A stretch of 64,000 bases of DNA from Candidatus Pacearchaeota archaeon (GCA_017609405.1 JAFCDZ010000001.1:24880-88879), one strand, 5' to 3'. Numbered from the stretch's first letter, positions 39,699-49,820 are shown. Numbers and translations: made by a program. The notes: generated by a model from the letters alone, not told the origin.

Positions 39699-39897
39699 AT
39701 CTTAAACTAATTTTAGCAGCTAGAGGATGTATTATCTCTAATTTTTTAAGAGATAAATTATATGCCTGTCGAAACTTTGTCCTCACTCTTGATATTAAGT
39801 TTTTATGGTAATTTTCTTCAAATGCTCCTGGATTTACCTCTATTATCCCTCCATCAACATTGGGATTTCCTATTTTTAAATTAAGATATCTCTCCAT
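39679..39897 (-). CDS. Small hypothetical protein (72 aa)
   Basis: Abuts the NAPRTase stop, overlaps the radical SAM start; GAGGAG upstream. Confidence 0.65.
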   Translation of the reverse strand: MERYLNLKIGNPNVDGGIIEVNPGAFEENYHKNLISRVRTKFRQAYNLSLKKLEIIHPLAAKISLRYDDKEK

Positions 39898-41049
39898 TTA
39901 AAGCTCCTCTAATCTATTTGATTTAACCTCACACCTTCCTTTTTTTGCAAGAGGCATCCATTTCTTTTCTTTTTCACTAAAATATGCTACAATATCTGAT
40001 GTAGTTATAACAATATTTTTTGTTAAACTACCAGTTCCAATTGAATTGAATAACTCTCTTCCATAAAGTTGTTGATATTTTTTATCTGCTTCAATAAATG
40101 CGAGAGTTTTTTCTGTATTAAATCCTGAAGAAACTACAATTCCAACATTTTCAAACCCTTCCTTATCAAGAGCTCTTCTTAAAGCCCAAACTGCTGGAAT
40201 AGTTACTCCTTTTCCTTTGAGATATTTTTCTGGAACATTTAATTTTGGTAATTCCACATTTGTTGAGTTTTGAGCATAATTTTCCCCACAGGTGTCGATT
40301 CTTATTGCTGCTAAGCTTTCCAGATTTCTTGCTGTTGCTAAACTATCTGCAATTTCTCTATTAAAAGTATCAATTAAAACAATTCTTGGGACATTTTCGT
40401 CAATGTATTTCTCAAATCCTCTTGCAGCTGCGAGAGTAGGGTTCTTGTCTAATCCATTCTCACGAATATTTGCAGTGTAACTTAAAATAAGAGCATGAGG
40501 TATTGTTCCAATTCCTTTAGTCCTCCATGCTCTTGCTCCAATATCAGTAGAGCATCCTGCAAATCCTTCTTCTTGACAAATTTTAGCAATTCTTTCGTCT
40601 AATGATGGTGAGAAATGTCTTGCTCCAAAATAAAAAACTGGTTTATTATTTGCAGCTTTTACAATCTCTCTAGCACTCTTTCTGATCTCTTCAAAATCAA
40701 TTCTTCCATAACATTCTTGTGTTAAAGCTCCCGAAAGTATCCCTAAATAAACAGTCTCTAATTCTATTAGATCTTGAACCCTTCCTTCAAGTTTAATAAT
40801 TGGCTCTCCTGCTTTATAATCTTGCCCATCTGCTAAAGAAAAGATTCTTACCCCCTCCCCAGCAATAGAGCGTATAAAATCGACTGCAGAATTGATTCCA
40901 CTTAAGCGAGGAATATTTTTTCTTGCAAAAACTTGATATCTTACAATAGGGTTTATTCCTTCTTTTTTTAAGATTCTTCTTGCCCTTAAAAAATATTTAT
41001 CAGTATATTCATGATAATTTTGTTTTGTTACTTGTTTTGTCTGCTCCAT
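39898..41049 (-). CDS. Nicotinate phosphoribosyltransferase-like (type II PRTase)
   Basis: TDKYF, FGARH, GTIPHAL, LIDTFN, IRIDT, VSSGF. Confidence 0.85.
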   Translation of the reverse strand: MEQTKQVTKQNYHEYTDKYFLRARRILKKEGINPIVRYQVFARKNIPRLSGINSAVDFIRSIAGEGVRIFSLADGQDYKAGEPIIKLEGRVQDLIELETVYLGILSGALTQECYGRIDFEEIRKSAREIVKAANNKPVFYFGARHFSPSLDERIAKICQEEGFAGCSTDIGARAWRTKGIGTIPHALILSYTANIRENGLDKNPTLAAARGFEKYIDENVPRIVLIDTFNREIADSLATARNLESLAAIRIDTCGENYAQNSTNVELPKLNVPEKYLKGKGVTIPAVWALRRALDKEGFENVGIVVSSGFNTEKTLAFIEADKKYQQLYGRELFNSIGTGSLTKNIVITTSDIVAYFSEKEKKWMPLAKKGRCEVKSNRLEEL

Positions 41050-41055
41050 TTTAAC

Positions 41056-41098
41056 TTATTGTGTTTTTTACTTTAACTTATTGTATTAGTTACACTTT
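41056..41098. promoter_or_regulatory. Tandem NrtR operators
   Basis: TTATTGT-GTTTTTT-ACTTTAA and TTATTGT-ATTAGTT-ACACTTT, cores 22 bp apart, between TATA and ATG. Confidence 0.75.
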
Positions 41099-41195
41099 AT
41101 AAAGCTTTCTGTTATTTAAAATATATATTAAAAGAGTATATTTTACACTAAGTACCATATAATTAATTTAAACAATCTTTAAAACAAGAGTAAAC

Positions 41196-41336
41196 TCATA
41201 AGAGGATTGCTCCTTTATACTGCCAATCATATCTTAAATGTCCATCCGGAATAAAATGAAAAACAAGAGGCTCATACCCATACTTGCTCGTAGGTTTTTT
41301 GCACTCTTCTTCAACAAAATTTTTTACTTCTTTCAT
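41196..41336 (-). pseudogene. 46-aa ORF coupled to the polB stop; possibly a truncated gene
   Basis: TAATG overlap; MKEVKNFVEEECKKPTSKYGYEPLVFHFIP... may be the N-terminus of an HD-domain protein (from memory, unverified). Confidence 0.35.
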
Positions 41337-43792
41337 TACATCCACTTTTCTAGTCCTTCTTGCTTTTTTTCTTCTACTAATTCTTCAATATTGATATCAA
41401 AAACCTGGAAAATATTTTCTACTGCTGGAAGAATTTGTTTTTTTAGATAATATTCTATCTCATACTCTCCTTTTTCATCTGGAAGCTTTACTTTTTCCCT
41501 AACAAGTTTCTTTTTTTCTTTTGTTTCAGCAATATAATATTCAATCAAACTTCCTTGCGAAACAGGAATCCCTATTTCTTTCATTTTTTTGGCAGCTATT
41601 ACATGAGGAGAAATTGCTTTATACTCTGATAAAGGTTTTTTTAATTGTGTTCGAATTATAAGTTCCTCTCTTTTTATCTCTCTTTTTTTGAGTTTTTCTA
41701 TAACTTCTTTTAAATATTCAAGAGCTTTTTTTTCATTTCCATCTTCTAAAACCATTTTTATTATTTTATTTTGTGTTTCTCTTGCTAATTTACACCAATC
41801 ACGACGAACAGTTTCAAATCCTCTTATTTTTAGTCTTCCTTTTTTATCAATTAAAGCATATTTTTTCTTTGCTCCGATTTCTCCAGAGCGCTTAGTTACC
41901 CAAATACCTCTTTTGAAAAATCCTTCTAATTCAAGCTCCATTATTCCTGGAAGCTCTGAATTTAATTTTTTCAAAAATTCTTTGGCTTGTTTTTCTGTTT
42001 TGCCATTAAGCAGGAAAGCAATTGAGTCAGTGTCAGAATAAATTGTTGTATATCCTTGTTTGTTTATTTTTTCTATAACTTCTTTTATTGTTTTCCTTGC
42101 AAATGCAGCTGTTGCTGCAGCTGCTTCAAGACAGTAGTATCTTGCTCCAAAAAATCCTTGATAACCATAAGCAGAATTTGCCAAAAGTTTGAAAGCATTG
42201 CTCCTTGCTTTTTTAATTGGGTCTGGGGAATGTTTTAATTCTTTTTTGTATTTTTTTCTTTTTTCAATTATCTCTCTTAACATCTCAGGGAAAAATCCGG
42301 GTTTTTTTGAAAAATAAAGTGTTTTTCCAAGTGCTTCAATAGAATAATATTCTTTTTCAGTTGGCTTTTCTCCTAAATAAGTTGATTTTGATAAATTATA
42401 AGTTACAATTGTGCTTCCATAGCAAGAGGTAAAGTCAAAAATAGCAATGTCTTCATATAAACCAGGAGTTGGCTCAAAAACAAAAGCCCCTTCATATTTC
42501 TCCCTTCTTCTTCTCTCAGCTATATCAGAGTATCCGGGTTTTTTTTCTGGAATTTCATTGAATTTTTCTAAATTGTGAAGAATATATGCTTCTACATTAG
42601 AAGACATTCCATTTCTTGAAATATTAAAAATTGGTTCTTTTATTACTCTTGTAAATTCTAATAAATCTGGCCAAAATTTTTCAAATAATTGGTATGTTAA
42701 AACTGAATCATGGAGGTTATACTCAAAATATTCTTTCCAATTTTTTATTCTTGAAGAATGCTCTAATTTGAATTCTTTTTTTGAATCTCCTAAAAATTCT
42801 TTTGCAACTTCATTTAGAGAGAGAGTCTCAGACTGCATATATTGAGAGTATGCGGTTCTAATAAATTTTAATAAATCAATATGAACAATCCCTTTTATTT
42901 TTCCAGTAAGCATATTTCCTCTTGAAAATTTTGGCTGAGAGTTGTCAATTCCTATTGATAATTTTATATTGTAATGCTCTGCTCTTGCTTTTATATATGG
43001 CAGGTCAAACCCGTCTGAAAAATAGCCAACTAAAAAATCAGGAGAAAGTTTCTTAACATACTCTATAAATTTTTCAATTAATTCTGCTTCATCTTTTACA
43101 TATTCTATGTTTTTGAGTTTTTCATTTGTTCTTTTCCATGTTATTATTTTTTTGAAATTTTCAGAGACCAAAGAAATCATTAGAATTTCTCCTTGTCCAA
43201 GTTTTATTTCATCTGTTTCAATATCAAATGCAAGGACTTTTGGCTTGAACTCAATGTTCTTTGTTTCTTTTATTTTTTCTACTTTCAAGCACAAATCTAC
43301 ATCAAGAGCCATGTCTATTCCACCAAATTCTTCAGAGTTATTCAAAACCTCTCCTTCTAGTTCATACCAAGTTAGAGGAATTAGTTGTTTTTCAATTATG
43401 TAATGAGTTATATATCCTAAGTCATAGCCTCTTCTTTTTTCTATTTCTGGCATCCCAAGTTTATCAGCAATGTCATGCAGGTCTTTATAGTTTGTTGCAA
43501 AGATTTTCAATGCTTTTACTTTTTTTCCAAGAAAATTTTTATCATAAATCTCAACACCCTCAACTTTTGTTTTTCTTCCTTTAATATCTAATTGAATTGT
43601 TTTTATTTTTTTTATCAAAGAGTTTATTTTTTGAGATGATAAACCTTGTTTTAAAATTGCCCATAAATATACTGGACAAGAATCAATTATGCAAACTCTT
43701 TTTCCTTTGTCATCCCTTCCAATTATTTTTGCGTAATTTCTGCCTTTCCAATCAAAATAATCATAATCAATTGGAATGAATTTTATTTTCAT
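41336..43792 (-). CDS. polB: Family B DNA polymerase
   Basis: Exo FDIET and FDLPY; Pol DFTSCYGS, KLLANSAYGY, YSDTDS, KKKYA, RGFE.VRRDW; C-terminal PIP-like QEGLEKWM. Confidence 0.96.
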   Translation of the reverse strand: MKIKFIPIDYDYFDWKGRNYAKIIGRDDKGKRVCIIDSCPVYLWAILKQGLSSQKINSLIKKIKTIQLDIKGRKTKVEGVEIYDKNFLGKKVKALKIFATNYKDLHDIADKLGMPEIEKRRGYDLGYITHYIIEKQLIPLTWYELEGEVLNNSEEFGGIDMALDVDLCLKVEKIKETKNIEFKPKVLAFDIETDEIKLGQGEILMISLVSENFKKIITWKRTNEKLKNIEYVKDEAELIEKFIEYVKKLSPDFLVGYFSDGFDLPYIKARAEHYNIKLSIGIDNSQPKFSRGNMLTGKIKGIVHIDLLKFIRTAYSQYMQSETLSLNEVAKEFLGDSKKEFKLEHSSRIKNWKEYFEYNLHDSVLTYQLFEKFWPDLLEFTRVIKEPIFNISRNGMSSNVEAYILHNLEKFNEIPEKKPGYSDIAERRRREKYEGAFVFEPTPGLYEDIAIFDFTSCYGSTIVTYNLSKSTYLGEKPTEKEYYSIEALGKTLYFSKKPGFFPEMLREIIEKRKKYKKELKHSPDPIKKARSNAFKLLANSAYGYQGFFGARYYCLEAAAATAAFARKTIKEVIEKINKQGYTTIYSDTDSIAFLLNGKTEKQAKEFLKKLNSELPGIMELELEGFFKRGIWVTKRSGEIGAKKKYALIDKKGRLKIRGFETVRRDWCKLARETQNKIIKMVLEDGNEKKALEYLKEVIEKLKKREIKREELIIRTQLKKPLSEYKAISPHVIAAKKMKEIGIPVSQGSLIEYYIAETKEKKKLVREKVKLPDEKGEYEIEYYLKKQILPAVENIFQVFDINIEELVEEKKQEGLEKWM

Positions 43793-43939
43793 ATTATAAT
43801 ATTAATTGGAGAGTTTATATTTTTATTGATATTTAATGGATTGAAAAGGGAGATTAGATTTAATAGTTCTAATTAAACCTTTTAATGTTTCTTATGTTTA
43901 AACCAAAAGATTTATATACTCCTTTAGAGTAGTTACTTT

Positions 43940-44455
43940 ATGAGAGAATATTTTATTGAAGGTGGAGAACATTTTGGATTAGCTCATATTCTTACAGATG
44001 AAAGATTAAATGAGGAACTAGAGAACCATGATCCTGATAAAGATGTTCAAGAAATAGGGGGATTATGGGGCATGGCTCTTGCAGAAGAAGCCAGAAGAAG
44101 AGCGCAAAGAGAGTTAAATCAAAACCCCATCGACAGTAAGGAGGTATCTTTTTACCTCTTCTGTGAAACAGAAGGGTATAATTTCGACGACAAAGGAATT
44201 TGTGAGATAAAAAAAGACCCAGAAAAACTTGAAAGAGTTATCCAAGGTTTTGAATTTTTTACTGAAAGAAGAATTCAAAAAGAAGACTCTAAAAAATTGT
44301 ATTTGCCTTATATAACCTACAAAATTGGAAGAATTGAATATAGAGAATCAGAACCTCTTGAACAGATTCAAGAAGAGATGATGTTCAGAAAAAAGTACCA
44401 AAAGTTTTTAGAAAAACACCCAAGAAGCAAGAGAGTGGAATTACAAACTCCTTGA
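43940..44455 (+). CDS. Hypothetical protein
   Basis: 171-aa ORF with AAAAGATTTATATA promoter ~21 nt upstream. Confidence 0.65.
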   Translation: MREYFIEGGEHFGLAHILTDERLNEELENHDPDKDVQEIGGLWGMALAEEARRRAQRELNQNPIDSKEVSFYLFCETEGYNFDDKGICEIKKDPEKLERVIQGFEFFTERRIQKEDSKKLYLPYITYKIGRIEYRESEPLEQIQEEMMFRKKYQKFLEKHPRSKRVELQTP

Positions 44456-44668
44456 ACTAACAATAGCAATAAATAAAAAACTAAAAATAATAAAATCATT
44501 TTTCATAAAAATACCAACAATAGAAAAAAACAAAGAAACTGCAATAAGAATCTTAAACCATTTTCTTCCCTGCTTAAGCTCTTCTTTTGTATATTTTGCT
44601 AATAAATCCCCTATAGGAATTCCTAGAAGCAAAATAAGAATTCCAATAAAAAAAGTTGCAAACCCCAT
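44441..44668 (-). CDS. Small membrane protein
   Basis: Three hydrophobic segments; TKEELKQGRKWF loop. Confidence 0.7.
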   Translation of the reverse strand: MGFATFFIGILILLLGIPIGDLLAKYTKEELKQGRKWFKILIAVSLFFSIVGIFMKNDFIIFSFLFIAIVSSRSL

Positions 44669-44748
44669 TTAAAAATAAAATAAGATGTATTTTTAAATAT
44701 AACTTAAATAAACCAAAAATTTAAATAGAACATTCAAGATTAAGAAAT

Positions 44749-46191
44749 ATGACCAAAGGCCTTAGTGTAAAGAAAGATGAAAATTTCTCAAAATGGTATT
44801 CTGAGGTTTTGGAGAAAGCAGAGATAACTGATTTAAGATATAATGTAAAAGGATTTGTTGTTATAAGGCCTTGGGGAGCAATGATTCTTGAAGAAATGTA
44901 TAAATTATATGAACAAGCGCTTCAAAAAAGAGGGCATAAGCCATCGTTTTTCCCAACAGTAATACCAAAAAAGAATTTTGAAAAAGAAGCAGAGCATGTC
45001 AAAGGATTTACCCCCGAAGTGTTTTGGTTAAAAAAAGTCAAAGGAGAAGACGAATTAGCATTAAGACCAACATCAGAAACAGCAATGTATCAGATGTATT
45101 CATTATGGATACGCTCGTGGAGAGACCTTCCATTTAAATTATATCAAAGAGCGAATGTTTTTAGATATGAAACAAAAGCAACAAGGCCTCTAATAAGAGC
45201 GCGAGAATTTTATTGGATAGAAGCGCATGATTGCTTTGCAACAAAAGAAGAGGCAGAAGAACAAGTACAAGAAGATATAAGAACAACCGAAGAAGTAATG
45301 CATCAAAAATTTGGAATACCTTTTTTACCAATGAAAAGACCTATATGGGATAAATTTGCTGGAGCAGAATACACCATTGGTTCTGATGTAATTATGCCTG
45401 ATGGAAAACTTCTCCAACAACCGTCAACACATTTGTTAGGACAGCATTTCTCCAAAGCTTTTAATGTAAAATTCAAGAACAAAGAGGGAAAAGAAGAATA
45501 TGTATGGCAAACATGCTATGGTCCTGCAATATCAAGAATTCTTGCATCAGTAATCTCTCAACATGGAGATAATTTTGGACTAATTTTACCTTTCATAATC
45601 TCACCAATACAAGTTATAATAGTCCCAATTTTCACAAAACAAAACAAAGAAAAAATAATCAAAGAAGTTAAAAAAATAAAAGACGAATTAATAGATAAAG
45701 GAATAAAGGCAGAAATTGATCTAAGAGAAGAAAAAAGGCCTGGAGAGAAATACTATGAATGGGAATTAAAAGGGGTTCCATTTAGGATAGAACTTGGTGA
45801 AAAAGAAATTGAAAATAAAGAAGCAACATTATTCATAAGAGATACACGAAAAAAAGAGAAAATCTCATTAAAAGAAATAGGAAAGATAAAAAAATTAGGA
45901 GAAGAGTATGATAAAAGGCTTCTTAAAAAAGCAGATGATTTTATGAAAGATAGGATTATAGAGTGTAAAACACTAAAAGAAATTGAAGAAGCATTAAAAG
46001 AAAAGAAAATAGCAAAAGTTGAATTTTGCTCTACAGAAAAAGAAGGAATCTCTTGTGCAGAAGTAATTGAAAAGGAAATTGGGGCAGAGATAAGAGGAAC
46101 ATTAGGAAACAAAAAAGAGATTCCAAAAGGAAATTGTATTGTTTGTGGAAAGAAAGCAAAAGAAGTTGTATACATCGGAAGAAGTTACTAA
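44749..46191 (+). CDS. proS: Proline-tRNA ligase (archaeal/eukaryotic type)
   Basis: FSKWY, LRPTSET, FRYETKATRPLIRAREF, QTCYG, C-terminal GRSY. Confidence 0.97.
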   Translation: MTKGLSVKKDENFSKWYSEVLEKAEITDLRYNVKGFVVIRPWGAMILEEMYKLYEQALQKRGHKPSFFPTVIPKKNFEKEAEHVKGFTPEVFWLKKVKGEDELALRPTSETAMYQMYSLWIRSWRDLPFKLYQRANVFRYETKATRPLIRAREFYWIEAHDCFATKEEAEEQVQEDIRTTEEVMHQKFGIPFLPMKRPIWDKFAGAEYTIGSDVIMPDGKLLQQPSTHLLGQHFSKAFNVKFKNKEGKEEYVWQTCYGPAISRILASVISQHGDNFGLILPFIISPIQVIIVPIFTKQNKEKIIKEVKKIKDELIDKGIKAEIDLREEKRPGEKYYEWELKGVPFRIELGEKEIENKEATLFIRDTRKKEKISLKEIGKIKKLGEEYDKRLLKKADDFMKDRIIECKTLKEIEEALKEKKIAKVEFCSTEKEGISCAEVIEKEIGAEIRGTLGNKKEIPKGNCIVCGKKAKEVVYIGRSY

Positions 46192-46228
46192 ATAATCAAA
46201 GATATAAGGAATTTCCAAGTAGATTGCA

Positions 46229-46250
46229 CATAAAGGTTTATGCAACCTAC
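46229..46250 (-). terminator. Hairpin at the convergent ends of proS and the small ORF (full stem 46219-46250)
   Basis: Minus strand GTAGGTTGCA...TGCAATCTAC with a G.U pair. Confidence 0.4.
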
Positions 46251-46265
46251 CCTTTCTACTCCAGA

Positions 46266-46391
46266 CTATTGAGAGTTAACAACATCGTAGAGCTCTCTTT
46301 CTAATTCTGAAGTTGCTCTCAAAAGATGAGACAACTCCTGCTCTACATATTGTCTTTCCTCTCTTTGTATTTGCTCCATTTTTTGTGTCAT
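46266..46391 (-). CDS. 41-aa small helical protein with strong SD
   Basis: AAGGAGG 7 nt before the ATG; MTQKMEQIQREERQYVEQELSHLLRATSELERELYDVVNSQ*. Confidence 0.65.
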   Translation of the reverse strand: MTQKMEQIQREERQYVEQELSHLLRATSELERELYDVVNSQ

Positions 46392-46449
46392 TTCTGCGCC
46401 TCCTTAAATCCACCCCCTGCGATTTCTGAATTAATTGAAGAAAAAGCAT

Positions 46450-46562
46450 CTCATTCAACTAATCCAGAAACCACAAAGGGTTGGATTAGTATGAATGAGG
46501 TTTAATAGTATAGACTAAACTAAACAAAATGCTTAGTTTCCAGCACTTCATTAGTTTAGTCT
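46450..46562 (-). ncRNA. Structured leader or ncRNA with two long hairpins
   Basis: 46512-46523/46551-46562 12-bp perfect stem with inner G.U stem; 46450-46466/46482-46499 17-bp stem. Confidence 0.55.
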
Positions 46563-46613
46563 GAGCAAACATCTTACAATAGATAATGCAGTAGTATTTA
46601 TATATTTTATTAT

Positions 46614-47648
46614 CTATTGATTAGTTACAAAATCAAGCAGTTTTTCTTTAAAAACACCAAAACAATGCAAGGAAATTCTCCCCCCTATTGCATCATCATG
46701 CCCGCCCCCAACAACCCCCCCTAACTCTTCTGAGACTTCTTCAAAAATTTTTTTTATGTTTTTTCCTCTTGCAGAAAAGAGAACCTTATCAGAGGTAATC
46801 CTAAAAACAAAAATAAACTTATCTGGAAACTCATAAATCAAACGATTTGCAAGAACTGAACTAATTCCTTTTTTTCCAGAGTATTCAAAAAAAAGAACCT
46901 TAGAACTTTTATCTAAATTAGCTCTTGCTTTTTCAAGGAGTTTTTGATAAATTTTATCAATTTCTAAAAAAGAATCAAAGATAAATTTGTTCTTATTATC
47001 TTGTTTTAATATATCATAAGGGCTCTTCACACCAATCATAAATTCTTCAAGATGAGCAACTCTTTTTATAGAACCTCTAAGAGTGGAATCTAACATCTGT
47101 ATAATTTTTCCAAATTCAGATTCATAAAGCAAAGTAAACGCATCTTTAGTTTTAATACCTAAATCAGGAAATTCTTTTAAAAAAGAAGAATAATAATCTG
47201 GTAGAAATCTATCAGACACACACCCAATTAAAGAAATCCAAGAATCTTGTTTATTTCCAAAAAGCTCAAAAATAATCTCAGTAACAGGAATCTCTTTTTT
47301 ATCAATTAAAAGAGGATTATAATAATTAACAAAAGAGGGGATTTCATCAAAATTAATCTTATGATGGTCTATATACAAAATAGTAATTTCTGATTTTTCG
47401 AGGGAATCAAAAAAACCTTTTGGAACACTTGGAATATCCAATATAACAATTAAATCTGGAGAATTCTCATTTATTTTTTTAAGCATTGCACTTGAAGAAA
47501 CAGTTTTTTGAATAAACCCCACACCTTTTCCAAAAACCCTCTTCAGTAAAATAAAAGAACAAAAACCATCAAGATCATTATCATAAAAAAATAAAGGGTT
47601 CTGAGATTTCTTTATTAATTTTCTTACACATGATTTACTAATTATCAT
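46614..47648 (-). CDS. DHH/DHHA1 phosphoesterase (RecJ-like)
   Basis: DNDLDG, ILDI, IDHH, GGGH. Confidence 0.88.
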   Translation of the reverse strand: MIISKSCVRKLIKKSQNPLFFYDNDLDGFCSFILLKRVFGKGVGFIQKTVSSSAMLKKINENSPDLIVILDIPSVPKGFFDSLEKSEITILYIDHHKINFDEIPSFVNYYNPLLIDKKEIPVTEIIFELFGNKQDSWISLIGCVSDRFLPDYYSSFLKEFPDLGIKTKDAFTLLYESEFGKIIQMLDSTLRGSIKRVAHLEEFMIGVKSPYDILKQDNKNKFIFDSFLEIDKIYQKLLEKARANLDKSSKVLFFEYSGKKGISSVLANRLIYEFPDKFIFVFRITSDKVLFSARGKNIKKIFEEVSEELGGVVGGGHDDAIGGRISLHCFGVFKEKLLDFVTNQ

Positions 47649-47824
47649 AGATAATCAACAAAAAAGATCTTTAAAAACATTAAGAAAACCCCTAATTTAA
47701 AAATCTTAAAAAGGGTTAACAAAAAAGCCCCATAACCATGATAAACCTTATTCTTATTGGTTTATTGAACCTTGCCAAAAGATAATTATTTTATTAACAA
47801 TTTCATTTAGGTAAAAGTTTTCAA

Positions 47825-48889
47825 TTATAATGAAAAATCCTCCAAAACTTCTGTCTTTAATTTTTTATATCCAAAAAAATCAGTGGTATAATTGTATGCT
47901 CCAGCATTTAAAAAAACAATTTTATCCCTAAGTTTCTTTGGCTTTAATTTAACTTTATACCTAAAAATATCATCTCTTGTTGGAGAGTTTCCTTTTATTA
48001 AATAATAAATACCCTCTTCATCATCGCTTAATTCTCCTTCAACAAGCATTTTGTTATTTCCAATCAAAGTATCTAATGCACAATTATAAATTGTTGTATT
48101 TATGATAATGTTTTTTCCTTGAATCTGAATAATTTCTGTTTCTAGTTTAACTGCAGGAGCAGCAATAAACCTTCCTGGCTCAATATAAGTTTCAATTCCT
48201 TTTTCTTCAAGAAACTTTTTTGCTTCCTCAATTTTTCCAAAAATATATTTGAAAACTTTTTCAGTATTTGACTTGTAAATTGAAGGAAGGCCTCCTCCAA
48301 GATTAATAAAATGAATTGAATTAAAATTTTCAGGCAAAATTGAATTTTCTAGTTCAGACTTTATTTCCCATTCAGAAACATTCTGAGATTTTCTATGAAT
48401 ATGAATTCCTAATTTTTCAATTTTTTCATTATTCTTTAATTCAAAAAGCAATTCATTAATTTTTTTAGAAGGCATTCCATAAACAAAATATTTTCCAGTT
48501 CCAACTCTATGCTCTTGAAATTTCATCCTTAACCCAAGCCAGATTTTTTTGTCAGAAAAATTAAGAGCATCTAAAAGAATTTTCAAATCAATTTCATTAT
48601 CTACTACAAATTTATTAATCCCTTTTTCAAAAAGAGCTTTAATTTCTTCGATAGATTCAGCTTGAAGAAAAAACCAGATTTTATTTTTATCATTAATCAT
48701 ATCAATTTCTTCTTTTGCATGAATAGAAAATTCAATATCAGAAGTTTCAGGCATAGTCTGGAGTATATCTCCTACTTCTCTATTAGTTTTGTAAGAATAT
48801 GAAATCTTTAATCCAAGAGATTTCAATTTTTCAATTTGCTCTTTGAGAACTTTTTTAGATAAAAGAAACTTTGCCTCACTCATTTTCAA
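47825..48889 (-). CDS. PLP-dependent Orn/Lys/Arg/DAP decarboxylase (fold type III)
   Basis: YSYKTN (PLP Lys), HIH, NLGGG, EPGRF, AGAY. Confidence 0.85.
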   Translation of the reverse strand: MKMSEAKFLLSKKVLKEQIEKLKSLGLKISYSYKTNREVGDILQTMPETSDIEFSIHAKEEIDMINDKNKIWFFLQAESIEEIKALFEKGINKFVVDNEIDLKILLDALNFSDKKIWLGLRMKFQEHRVGTGKYFVYGMPSKKINELLFELKNNEKIEKLGIHIHRKSQNVSEWEIKSELENSILPENFNSIHFINLGGGLPSIYKSNTEKVFKYIFGKIEEAKKFLEEKGIETYIEPGRFIAAPAVKLETEIIQIQGKNIIINTTIYNCALDTLIGNNKMLVEGELSDDEEGIYYLIKGNSPTRDDIFRYKVKLKPKKLRDKIVFLNAGAYNYTTDFFGYKKLKTEVLEDFSL

Positions 48890-49820
48890 GGAAACCTTCT
48901 TCTTTTAGTTTGTCTAAAACACTGCACATCATTAAAGGAAAAGTTATTGTAACATCTCCATGAACAGTAGCAGCTTCTGCATCATCTTTTATTTTTCCCC
49001 AAGATTTTGCTTCTTGTGTTGTTGCTCCTGACATTGAGCCAGAAGAAGAGTGCGAAGTTGTAAGATAAACAGCATAATCAAAACCTCCAGAAAGCAAAGC
49101 AGCAAAAACAGCATAATGTTTTGAAATGCTTCCACCCAAAGAGATTAAACCTTTTTTTTCATCAAAACTTAGTTCAGTAATAACTTTATTCATATCTTGA
49201 ATAACATCAACAATAAAGTCCTTGTGTTTTTGCTGAAACATAAATAATTGAAACCCAAAACTTGAATCAGCAATTCCAGGGCAATAAATCTGGATGTTAT
49301 TTTTCGCTGCCTGATATAATATAGAATTTTCATCATCTAACATTAAACCAATTTCTCTCAATAATTCTGAAACCATTATACGCTTTTTTTTCTCATAAAT
49401 TTTCATTAAAAACTCGTTCATTTTATCTTCAAATTTCATATAACTCTCATTTCTAATTACTAAATTTCCAATACGATTTTCTCCTCTCTCATGCAAAGCA
49501 TTATCATCAGCATAAAAACTTGAAATTTCAAAATCTTCACCCATAGCTTTCATAATATCTTCTTCAATTGCTCCAGAAGTTGTAACCAAGATGTCAGGAA
49601 TTTTTAATTTACATAATTGAGCAAAAAAACCTCTTAATCCAGAAGTTACCATATTTGAAGTAAAAGTCAAAAAAATCTTTGCACCTGAGCGCTTCATTTT
49701 AAGAACAACTTTTGCTGCCTCACTTAACTCATGAGCCTGAAACCCCAAGCTATCAAAAGCATCAAGCATCTCACTTACTTTCATTCCAGGTTTCCATAAA
49801 AAATCTTTAACTTTTTTCAT
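48876..49820 (-). CDS. Deoxyhypusine synthase family protein
   Basis: GFQA, FTSNMVTSGLR, EEDI, NRIGN, GSMSGA...EAKSWGK. Confidence 0.92.
   Translation of the reverse strand: MKKVKDFLWKPGMKVSEMLDAFDSLGFQAHELSEAAKVVLKMKRSGAKIFLTFTSNMVTSGLRGFFAQLCKLKIPDILVTTSGAIEEDIMKAMGEDFEISSFYADDNALHERGENRIGNLVIRNESYMKFEDKMNEFLMKIYEKKKRIMVSELLREIGLMLDDENSILYQAAKNNIQIYCPGIADSSFGFQLFMFQQKHKDFIVDVIQDMNKVITELSFDEKKGLISLGGSISKHYAVFAALLSGGFDYAVYLTTSHSSSGSMSGATTQEAKSWGKIKDDAEAATVHGDVTITFPLMMCSVLDKLKEEGFLENE

Noticed and set aside
46276-46458. 60-aa minus-strand ORF from the track
   Set aside because: The overlapping 41-aa frame (46266-46391) has the strong SD and more plausible composition.
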